Below are positions 48,393 to 57,100 of a DNA stretch of 64,000 nucleotides, piece after piece (position 1 is the first letter of the stretch; each line of letters begins with the position of its first letter). The translations under genes and the position numbers were made by a program. Below the pieces are notes generated by a model. That model saw only the letters and a list, made by a program, of their open reading frames with translations, had not been told where the DNA came from and searched no databases. Source of the DNA: a virus. The stretch spans positions 106,084 to 170,083 of IMG/VR virus record IMGVR_UViG_3300028827_000129; one strand, given 5' to 3'.

Positions 48393-49030
48393 AAAAGATT
48401 AAACTTTATTTATCTAGCGGAGATTTTACTTATAGTGACATTGCTTCGTTACTTGGGAGGTCAACAGCTGGGATAAGGGCGTTATGTAGTAAGAAAGGTT
48501 GGACCGGCCTTGCAAAGCGTTTAGATTCAAAAGGCAATGTATCTTTGTATAATATTTTAAAAAAGATATTGCCATTTACAAGAATCGAAAAAGAATATCA
48601 TATAGGGGAGAGGTTGAGACTTGATATATATATCCCGGATTATAAGATTGGTTGGGAAGTACAAGGCATCCAGCATTATAAATCAATACAATATTTTCAC
48701 AAAGACGAAGATGCGTTTGATAAGCAAATTGCAAGAGATAGAAGAAAAAATCAATTATGTAAAAAACAAGGGATAATTTTAGTAAATATAGAACCTTCAG
48801 ACATAACATATGATAATATTAAAAATATATTAAACGGAATATTGGAGGAGTACAGTGAAGATTGTTTGGAAGAAAGTGTTCGAGAGAATAGGATTGACGA
48901 TAAGTCTTCAAGCAATTGGAAAGATATTGCGAAGGCTAACAGGAAGAAGTACATGAGAGGCTTTTATGAAAAAGCAAGGGAATATAGAAAAGAACAATAT
49001 AGAAAGTGGAAGCATTCAAGAAATAAATAG
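48365..49030 (+). CDS. HTH + DUF559/Vsr-like endonuclease
   Basis: YSDIASLLGRS HTH; KEY...LRLDIYIP...EVQGIQHY...RDRRKN..C...GI.LV. Confidence 0.7.
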   Translation: MGRYTEEELEKIKLYLSSGDFTYSDIASLLGRSTAGIRALCSKKGWTGLAKRLDSKGNVSLYNILKKILPFTRIEKEYHIGERLRLDIYIPDYKIGWEVQGIQHYKSIQYFHKDEDAFDKQIARDRRKNQLCKKQGIILVNIEPSDITYDNIKNILNGILEEYSEDCLEESVRENRIDDKSSSNWKDIAKANRKKYMRGFYEKAREYRKEQYRKWKHSRNK

Positions 49031-49442
49031 AAGTGTAAGGTTTTTTTTAGATATTGCACCTAAAGCCCAAGGGCGTCCAAGAGCTGCTGTAATAAAAGGG
49101 AGGGCTGTTATTTACGATCCTCCAACTTCCCGGAAATACAAGCAGCTTGTAAGAGAGAAATTAGAGGAGGTGGCCCCGGAGGAGAAATTCTCCGGGGCCA
49201 TAGCAGTTAACTTTGTTTTTCATATGCCCATACCAAAATATTTAAAAAACAAAGTTAAACACGGAGAGCCTCATTTAGTTAAGCCAGATTTGGACAATTT
49301 AATAAAAGCAGTAAAAGATGCATTGACTGGCACAATTATCGTAGACGATAAGGCAATTTATTGCTATAAAAAGGATACAAAAAAAATTTATAGCAATACA
49401 CCTGGTATAGAGGTATTTGTCACAGAACTCACCAACTACTAA
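48966..49442 (+). CDS. rusA: RusA-family Holliday junction resolvase (true start may be downstream)
   Basis: PKAQGRPR...YDP, KPDLDNLIKAVKDALTG...DD. Confidence 0.88.
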   Translation: MKKQGNIEKNNIESGSIQEINRSVRFFLDIAPKAQGRPRAAVIKGRAVIYDPPTSRKYKQLVREKLEEVAPEEKFSGAIAVNFVFHMPIPKYLKNKVKHGEPHLVKPDLDNLIKAVKDALTGTIIVDDKAIYCYKKDTKKIYSNTPGIEVFVTELTNY

Positions 49443-50256
49443 AATATACAGAAAAGGGGTGATCAAAATTTTAGATACTCAGATCTACACAAAAGAGCAA
49501 TTACTCTCCCATAGAAAACTTGGCTATAAAACACTTAATGAGTTAATAGCCAATTATCAAAAAGATATTGCCAAAGGCATAGAACAAAGTCCATATCTTG
49601 ACCAAATAATGATCCAGTTTCATGGATACATTGAAAAATATGTAGACATTTTACATTATAAAGGCGCGAATATTGATTATACAAACATGGACACTCGTAA
49701 ATTTATCTCCTTATTTTCTGCCGAAGATGCAGCTGGTACAACTTTAAAAGCTAAAAGAGCGCAGCTTGTCAGGTTAACTGAATCATTGTCTGATGTTGAT
49801 ATATATAATGAGTTGGTTGCTATATTTATAAAAATCATTCAAAGATACGACAGTAGTAAAAATGTTAATGCACAAGGTTTTGTAATTACACAATTTAGAT
49901 GGCGAGTTAAAGATTGGGTGCTTCGACTAAAGAGGCACGTTAACCACCTTGATGTCGATATTGATACCGCAGAATACAACCCAGAGTTTTTTCATATATT
50001 TGCTAAAAGTGATAAAGCAGTGCAAGGTGACGCTTCTTTAATAAGCGATCTAAATATTAGATGGCTAGATGACCCAGGCAATGAAGCTTTTAAAAAATTA
50101 TCTAGATATCATCGTTATTTATTATTTCTTCGGTATGGCGAAGATATGCCAATGACAGATATTGCAAAGTTTTTTGGTAAAAATAAAGATACGGTTTTCA
50201 AACATATAAAAACTGCACTTAATTCAATACGTAAATCTATTGGGGAGGAGCGATGA
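49417..50256 (+). CDS. Phage sigma-70-like transcription factor
   Basis: Region-2-like DIYNELVAIFIKIIQRYD...FVITQFRWRVKDW and region-4 HTH LSRYHRYLLFLRYGEDMPMTDIAKFFGKNKDTV...ALNSIR. Confidence 0.7.
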   Translation: MSQNSPTTKIYRKGVIKILDTQIYTKEQLLSHRKLGYKTLNELIANYQKDIAKGIEQSPYLDQIMIQFHGYIEKYVDILHYKGANIDYTNMDTRKFISLFSAEDAAGTTLKAKRAQLVRLTESLSDVDIYNELVAIFIKIIQRYDSSKNVNAQGFVITQFRWRVKDWVLRLKRHVNHLDVDIDTAEYNPEFFHIFAKSDKAVQGDASLISDLNIRWLDDPGNEAFKKLSRYHRYLLFLRYGEDMPMTDIAKFFGKNKDTVFKHIKTALNSIRKSIGEER

Positions 50257-51173
50257 TGTCTGACGATAATATCTTTTTTGATGATATAGCTGGACAAGAA
50301 ACAGCAATTAAACATTTAAAAAAGATAGTTGATTGGATAGAACATAGAGAATTGTACGATTATTGGGGCGTCAAAGTATCTAAAGGGTTTTTGATGACAG
50401 GTCCGCCTGGTGTCGGTAAAACAGCTTGTGCTAAGGCTTTAGCGAATGAAAGCAAGGGGTATTTTTTTGAACTAAAATTACAAGATGTATTGTCTAAGTG
50501 GGTCGATCAAAATATTGAAAATCTTAAAGAATTCTTTGAAGAAGTAGAGGAGAAGGCAGAGGATGATGTTGTAATTGTTTTTATTGACGAAATAGATTCA
50601 ATGATCCCAGAAAGAACAATTAGTATTACTGATGGAGATAAAAAGCGCGTTAATACAATCCTGCAATGGCTTTCTAAGGAAGATGATATAAGTAAAAATA
50701 TTATCGTCATAGGCGCTACCAATTATCTAGAAGGGGTTGATTCTGCTGCAAAAAGAGCGAAAAGATTTTCTACAATCATTAAGTTCAATCACTTAAAACC
50801 AAAAGATTTAATAGATATTTTTAAAATTAATATACGTAAAGCAGAAAAAGAAGCCAACAGAAAGTTGTTTGGCAATATTAATTTTAATAAGCTAGAGATA
50901 GCTTTAAAGGATCAAGGTGCAACTTTTAATGGAGCAGATGCTGCAGAAATTATTAGAATCACATTAGAAAATAAAGTAGCAGAACATATTAAAAGAATTT
51001 CGCGCTCAGGCTTAAGTAAGGAAAAATGTTGCCCTCCTAAAGTTAGAACATCTGAAATTCTACATACTATTAAGACTTATTTTGAAGAAAACAGAGGAGG
51101 GGAAAAGCAAAAGGATAAAGATTTCCTTGGGTTTGCTCCTCCACCTAGAAAGGAGAAGATAATGAATGGCTAG
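50253..51173 (+). CDS. AAA+ ATPase (CDC48/FtsH/proteasomal-type, stand-alone)
   Basis: Walker A GPPGVGKT, Walker B VFIDEID and SRH ATNY...DSA.KR..RF. Confidence 0.9.
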   Translation: MMSDDNIFFDDIAGQETAIKHLKKIVDWIEHRELYDYWGVKVSKGFLMTGPPGVGKTACAKALANESKGYFFELKLQDVLSKWVDQNIENLKEFFEEVEEKAEDDVVIVFIDEIDSMIPERTISITDGDKKRVNTILQWLSKEDDISKNIIVIGATNYLEGVDSAAKRAKRFSTIIKFNHLKPKDLIDIFKINIRKAEKEANRKLFGNINFNKLEIALKDQGATFNGADAAEIIRITLENKVAEHIKRISRSGLSKEKCCPPKVRTSEILHTIKTYFEENRGGEKQKDKDFLGFAPPPRKEKIMNG

Positions 51174-51879
51174 AAAAAAGGCGGCTAAAAAGGCAAAGGT
51201 TAAGGATGATATTAATAAAATTGCAGAATATTGCATTAATGGTGGGCTAAAACCAAAAACAATAAATCAAAATAAATATTACAAGAGCATGGCCAAAAAT
51301 ACATTAACTTTTGCCTTGGGAGTAGCTGGCAGTGGCAAAACTGCTTTAGCTGTTGATTTTGCTGTAAAAGCAGTAATGGCAGGAGAACATGATGGCATTA
51401 TTATTACAAGGCCAGTAGTAGAAGCTGGTGAAAAATTAGGGTTCTTGCCAGGAACACTTGAAAAGAAAGTTGAACCATATATGAGGCCTATCAAGGACGC
51501 GTTGCTAGATATTTTAGGTCCTAGAATTGCTTATGATTGGATTTTTCAGCATGTAGAAGTCGCTCCTTTAGCTTATATGAGAGGAAGGACATTAAAAAAC
51601 AAAGTTATTATCTTAGATGAGGCGCAAAGTTGTTCAAGAGAACAATTAATTATGTTTCTAACTAGAATAGGAGATAATTCAAAAGTAATCATAACTGCCG
51701 ACCCAGATCAAATTGATTTAAAGTATAAAGAGAATAGTGGCCTAAGTGAAGTTGTTAATACCTTAAAAGGTAAAGAGGAAGTCGGGGTTGTATATTTAAC
51801 TGATGCCGATGTTCAGCGTAGTAAAATAGTAAAAATAGTTTTAGATGCTATTCATGAAAACTTTAAAGCTTTAGCATAG
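51166..51879 (+). CDS. phoH: PhoH-family ATPase
   Basis: GVAGSGKT, TRPVVEAGEKLGFLPG, PLAYMRGRT, ILDEAQ, LTRIG. Confidence 0.93.
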   Translation: MARKKAAKKAKVKDDINKIAEYCINGGLKPKTINQNKYYKSMAKNTLTFALGVAGSGKTALAVDFAVKAVMAGEHDGIIITRPVVEAGEKLGFLPGTLEKKVEPYMRPIKDALLDILGPRIAYDWIFQHVEVAPLAYMRGRTLKNKVIILDEAQSCSREQLIMFLTRIGDNSKVIITADPDQIDLKYKENSGLSEVVNTLKGKEEVGVVYLTDADVQRSKIVKIVLDAIHENFKALA

Positions 51880-51901
51880 CTAATATAGTTGGAGGTACTA
51901 T

Positions 51902-52018
51902 ATGAAAACATTTATAAAGGTAGAACTTGTTAAAATAGATTATGCCGGTAATTTCATTCTTGATGTTAAAAAAGATTTTACTTCTTTAGGACCTAAAAGC
52001 TCTAATAAATATAATTAA
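51902..52018 (+). CDS. Small protein (38 aa, not in ORF track)
   Basis: GGAGGT RBS correctly spaced before the ATG; MKTFIKVELVKIDYAGNFILDVKKDFTSLGPKSSNKYN. Confidence 0.45.
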   Translation: MKTFIKVELVKIDYAGNFILDVKKDFTSLGPKSSNKYN

Positions 52019-52089
52019 TATTTTCTCTATACTATATCTTAGATAAGCTCTTTGAGCTATCTTAGGCAGCCCATGGGGCGTCTTTAAAT

Positions 52090-52123
52090 TAATTTAATAC
52101 TATCCATAGGAGGTATTAGATTA
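52090..52123 (+). promoter_or_regulatory. Shine-Dalgarno-occluding hairpin (RNA-thermometer-like) upstream of hsp20
   Basis: TAATTTAATACTATCC-ATA-GGAGGTATTAGATTA pairs over 15 bp (2 G-U, 1 bulge), covering GGAGG and the A of ATG. Confidence 0.55.
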
Positions 52124-52587
52124 TGCTTATGACAAAGAAGGACAGAGCTTTAGCAGCAAGAGACAACATTTTTCATTACTTTTGGACCGAATTCGATAAG
52201 ACATTTAATGAATTTTCAAAGTTGACTGGAGATTTTACAATCACACCATTCGGGAAATCAAGCACACCTAAATTAAATGCTTATGAGCTAGATAACAAAT
52301 ATTATCTTGATTTTTATGTCCCGATGGCTACTAAGGATGATGTTAAAGTAGAAATTAAAGATAGAACCTTAAAAGTCGAGGTTAAGTCTACTAACGACGA
52401 AAAAGTAAGCAATGACAAATATTTTTATCGTGAGGTTTCTAGATCTGCCAGTACACGTTATGTTGGTCTTGGGGATGATATTGACCTCGACTCTATTTCT
52501 GCAGAATTGAAAGATGGTGTTTTGAAAATTAGCTTCGATAAAATTTCTAATAATAAAGAAGAAAGTAAAGTAGTTACAGTCAAATAA
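52123..52587 (+). CDS. Small heat-shock protein (Hsp20/alpha-crystallin)
   Basis: PKLNAYE...VPMATKDDVKVEIKDRTL...YREVS...ISAELKDGVLKISFDK. Confidence 0.92.
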   Translation: MLMTKKDRALAARDNIFHYFWTEFDKTFNEFSKLTGDFTITPFGKSSTPKLNAYELDNKYYLDFYVPMATKDDVKVEIKDRTLKVEVKSTNDEKVSNDKYFYREVSRSASTRYVGLGDDIDLDSISAELKDGVLKISFDKISNNKEESKVVTVK

Positions 52588-52608
52588 TATTTAGGAGGCT
52601 TATATATA

Positions 52609-53061
52609 ATGGCAGGCACTTTTAGTACATATCTAGAACAGCAGCTTTTAAATTTAGTTTTCCGCAATACTGCTTATGGGCCTTTAGCAACTACGTATGT
52701 TGCTTTGGCCGATGCTTCAGGTCAAAGTGCTGCTGTAGACAGTTCGGACGGCGATGATATTACGACCACATATGAAATTTCTGTTTTAGGTGGCGGCAAC
52801 TATGCTCGTCAAGCAGTAGCATCAACTGACTGGAGCGCTCCAGCAGCAGGTACAGGAAATTTTTCTGAAATTTCTAACAATGTTGAAATTCAATTCCCTC
52901 AAGCAAGCTCTGACTGGGGCACTATCACACATTTTGCTATATATGATGCCCTTACTGCTGGCAACTTGTTGTGTTGGGGTGATTTATCAACAACTAAAAC
53001 AATCAATACCAATGACATTGCATCATTTGGCGTTGGTCAACTAAAAATTAGTTTGGACTAA
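52609..53061 (+). CDS. Virion structural (fibre-associated) protein, paralogue 1
   Basis: FSTYLEQQLLN...YVAL...GGNYARQ...N..EIQFP.A...WGTITHFAIYDA...GNLL; strong RBS. Confidence 0.65.
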   Translation: MAGTFSTYLEQQLLNLVFRNTAYGPLATTYVALADASGQSAAVDSSDGDDITTTYEISVLGGGNYARQAVASTDWSAPAAGTGNFSEISNNVEIQFPQASSDWGTITHFAIYDALTAGNLLCWGDLSTTKTINTNDIASFGVGQLKISLD

Positions 53062-53082
53062 TTATATGGCAGCGAATCCATG

Positions 53083-53115
53083 AGAAAAGGCCAGAAGTTT
53101 CTGGCCTTTTCTTTC
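53083..53115 (+). terminator. Rho-independent terminator (potentially bidirectional)
   Basis: AGAAAAGGCCAGAA-GT-TTCTGGCCTTTTCT inverted repeat followed by a T-rich run. Confidence 0.85.
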
Positions 53116-53130
53116 TGTTTTTATAATTCC

Positions 53131-53140
53131 TTATAATATA
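53131..53140 (+). promoter_or_regulatory. Putative late-promoter box TTATAATATA
   Basis: Between the terminator and the AGGAGG RBS of 53181. Confidence 0.5.
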
Positions 53141-53180
53141 AAGAAGAATGTGAATATACAATATTTAGGAGGTTTTAGAA

Positions 53181-53615
53181 ATGGCTTTAGTTTTAGCAGA
53201 TGTTGGCGCAGATGCCCTTTTGAATATTATTTTCAATAATGTAAGAGCAGCTGGCGGGAACGATTTTACCTTAAAGTTATTTACTACAAATATTACCCCG
53301 GCAGATACCGATACCGCTGCAACCTATAGTGGCAGTGAAGCTTCTGGTGGCGGTTATGCCGCACAGACTTTAACAAATGGCTCTTGGACTATTACTGCTG
53401 CTAATGATCCTTCTGATGCTGTACATCCTCAAGTAACATTTACATTTACAGGTCCTTTAACTGGGAATGCAACTATTTATGGCTATTGGGTTGAGGATGC
53501 AGACGGGACACTGTTATGGGCAGAGCAGCTTTCAACTCCATTTACTCCGGCCAATAATGGAGATCAGCTGAAGATTACTCCAGTTTTCCAGATGTCTAAA
53601 GGAACCCCGACCTAA
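53181..53615 (+). CDS. Virion structural protein, paralogue 2
   Basis: LKLFTTN...EASGGGYAAQTL...W...TFTFT...IYGYWV...LLWAE. Confidence 0.65.
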   Translation: MALVLADVGADALLNIIFNNVRAAGGNDFTLKLFTTNITPADTDTAATYSGSEASGGGYAAQTLTNGSWTITAANDPSDAVHPQVTFTFTGPLTGNATIYGYWVEDADGTLLWAEQLSTPFTPANNGDQLKITPVFQMSKGTPT

Positions 53616-53664
53616 TTTGGTTAACGTTAAAGAAGTAAAGCTTGGCCACATTAAGTTTGCTTAT

Positions 53665-53700
53665 AGGCCGCCTTCTATTTTAGACGGCGGCCTTATTTTT
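53665..53700 (+). terminator. Rho-independent terminator
   Basis: AGGCCGCC-TTCTATTTTAGAC-GGCGGCCT followed by TATTTTT. Confidence 0.75.
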
Positions 53701-53710
53701 GGAGGTTATT

Positions 53711-54109
53711 ATGGTTATTTTACCAGATGAAGGCAGGGCAGCTAGAAATAATGACTTATTTAAAAAAACTCACATTGATGCAGATTTAGAGTTGGGTCTG
53801 TTTACTAATGATCCATCAACCTTATCCACATCTACAGTTTATACAGACCTAACTGCGCCTGTCGGCACTGGATATAGTGCCATTACATTGGCTGATGCTA
53901 GTGCAGCTGTAGATTCATATGGTGTTGTTACGTGGGGAACGCAAACATTCACGGTAGGTACAGGCGGATGGGATAAAGATATTCAAGGTTATTATATAGC
54001 ATGCTCTATATCAGGCGTTAAAAAGATTCTTGTAATTTATGTACGAGATGATGGCCCAGTAACTTCTACGGAAGGTAGAAGCATTGATATCATCGCCAAA
54101 TTATATTAA
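53711..54109 (+). CDS. Virion structural protein, paralogue 3
   Basis: LGLFTND...GTGYSAITL...QTFT...IQGYYI; ATG 53711 follows GGAGG. Confidence 0.6.
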   Translation: MVILPDEGRAARNNDLFKKTHIDADLELGLFTNDPSTLSTSTVYTDLTAPVGTGYSAITLADASAAVDSYGVVTWGTQTFTVGTGGWDKDIQGYYIACSISGVKKILVIYVRDDGPVTSTEGRSIDIIAKLY

Positions 54110-54124
54110 AAATATTAAATCGTT

Positions 54125-57100
54125 ATGGCTAAAAATATAGTACCAGCAATAAGTAATGTCCTCATTAACTTTGATGGCACATCTGTATCTTTTTCTGAAA
54201 ATGGATTGCGATTTGACTTAGAAGGTAGTGCCTGTGGGCTTTTGGACCAAGATCTAAGTGGTACTTATCCTGACAATCCTGCTTTTGCAACAACTTGTAA
54301 ATTATCAACTGGTATTGGTTGTGATGGAAAATGGGCATACCTTGAGAAAGATCTTTCTATATTAACCGTTAAACCATCTGTCATAAAATTAACATATGCA
54401 TCCCCGGAAATTGTTGGTTCTACACCAACGGATTACGGAGATTATGGTGGCACTGGGTTTATAATTAGCAATGGAAGTATGCAAATTTTTATTAAATTTA
54501 TAAACAATTCGAATGCTCCAATCCAGTATATGAAAAATAATGGTACCTGGGGAGTTATTACAGATGATAATAATATGTCAACTTGGTGGAATAATCGCCA
54601 GTTAGACCAGTATTGGGAATTTGATCTTTCAGCTTCTAGTGGCCCATACGCCGGGATTGTTGGATGTATAATTGATGGTGTACAACGTATCGCTAGCCCA
54701 ATAGCAGATTCATTATGCCCCGCTACTATTCCTGCAGGTATTAGAGTTTTTGCTGACAGAGGTACAAATGCAACAGTTTACACTACAGCAAGTATTGGCA
54801 AATTAATATTAAGTGCTCCTGGGGCATCATATACATATTGCGATGGCATAGCTGGACAAGCAAATGATTTTACGCAGAGTGGCAATGGTACTGTTACTGA
54901 CGATGTCCAAGAAGAAAATAGGACATGTTTAAAATTAGATAGCGGGGCTGTCGGAGACAGTATAGAAATTTCTAGACAAATAGCTGGAACATTCCGTGGG
55001 ATTTCTGATTTTTGGACACGCATAGAAGCTAAAATGCTTGTAGGTGCGTTTAATGATGGAGATACTTTAGAGGTTACATTATCTAATGGTTTAGCAGAGT
55101 TTAGTATTGAATTTGCTACAGATGGTATTTACGCCCTTAAGTCAGATCGTACTAAGCTGAAAGTATATGATTCTCCACCAGTGTCTTCTTTTAATGACTG
55201 GTATATACATTGGTGCCCAGGAGAGTTATCTGCGGATGGATGTGGTATACGCGGGATATATTTAGGGGATAAAAAAATAGTTTCAGGTATAGCATCTTCT
55301 GTAGCAGGACGTAACGAAAGTGATTGGATATATACGCCTGAAGTAGACTATGATGGGACTATATCTCTTGCAGCTGCTGGTTGGACAGAAGGAGGTACAG
55401 CAACAGCAGTTACTAGAACTCCAAATGTTTCATTTGATGGTACAAATTGTCTTAAATATTCTATTAGTCCATCTAATACTGGTTATATTTTAGATAAAAT
55501 TTTACCAGCCAATAGGGCAGTTAACCAAAAAAGAATCAAGTGGGAAGCCAGATACCAGTTTGTTAACCATTCCTTCACATCTGCTGATCGTTGTGCTTTG
55601 CAGTGGAATAATGGTGCTTATTGGCATACAATAATGGACAATAGGCGTACTCTTAGTCCAGCCTGGAGGTATGCAGACGATTATGCTGACGGAGGATATG
55701 GGCAGTGGAGATTTTACGACGGTAAAAAGAGTTATTTTTTTGAACTCCCTGGGTCTATCACTACCTTGAATATTGGATGGATTCATGAATCTGTCATATT
55801 TGACAATGAAAATAAATTTATATTATCTTACAGTATAAATGGATATGAATATTTAAAAGGTCCGCTCCCTTATGACAGCCCTCCTGTAGACAATACTAAT
55901 ACATTACGTACATTATTTTACGGCGATTCAGGTAGTGGCTATGATCTTTATATTGATTTCATAAAATTATCGTATGGGAATACAGCCCCTTCAGGATATG
56001 GAACAGCTCTATCTGATGGGTTTGTAAAAATAACATTAAAAGGTAATACTGCAAATAGGCAAGTATTTTTTGATAAACTTTATTTTGGCCGTGACGGTAA
56101 CCTTTTTTTGCCAACGCCTGCAATATATACTGAAGAAAACGATACATCTTACTTTGACGTTTTATCACAAGGTAGGATGGAATGTGACGCTCAAGATCCG
56201 GCATGGACCGAATTATATAAAATTGGTAACCCAACTTTTTCAGTAGACGCGGATCCAGATGATCGTACTTATGTAGAAGAATATAGCGTCTACGGAGATT
56301 ATAGATCATATGTAGGTCAAAAAGTTTTAAGAGTAGACTTATGGAATAATGACTATCCATTATTTTATATAGATGGTCATTTTAGTGATTTATCGGAAAG
56401 AAATATTACAGACGGGTCTGCTGTTTTAGGCGGCTATACGGTCCCATATCTTGTAGCTGCCAAGGAAACTGGCACGGACTTTCCTTTTGATGAAAATGAA
56501 GGCTATTGGATTAATACTGACACAGCCTGCACTCTCCTATTATCTAATTTTAAATTCGACCAAGGGTCTCCAACAAACTATTTAACGGTAACAGATGGTG
56601 TTGAACTAGATGCCACTTGGGATTCTTCTGGTTCGTATGGTGTTTATACCAAAACAGACAACGATACTTTGTCTGCTGACAATTCTACTGGATGGTGTCA
56701 TTTTGTTGTTGGAGATAATGGAACAACAGATTCAAAAATTAATTATGACAAAACTTTTGGGGACTTATCAACTGCTACATATGTAAGAATACGTACAACT
56801 ATACATTTAATAAGCCTTGGTGATATTTATGCCGGTGATTTCTTTGTCACATGTGGCAATGGTAACTTTGTGTTCTATTTATGGTTAATAGATCCTGGTA
56901 CTGGTCCAGAAGTTGGCTTCTACGACAATAGTGTCGGATATAAAAAAGTAGCAAGTTTAAGTTACAATAAAACATATACTTTAGAATTTATCATTGATGC
57001 ACAAAGTGGCTCTGAGGAAGTACTAGAATTTTGGATGGATGAACATGATGGCAATTCGTTGCAGCTAAAAGCTTACAACTTAGGGACACCTCGTCTTGCT

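Noticed and set aside
53616-53664. Riboswitch or small RNA in the gap before the 53665 terminator
   Set aside because: No recognisable aptamer consensus or convincing alternative pairing.
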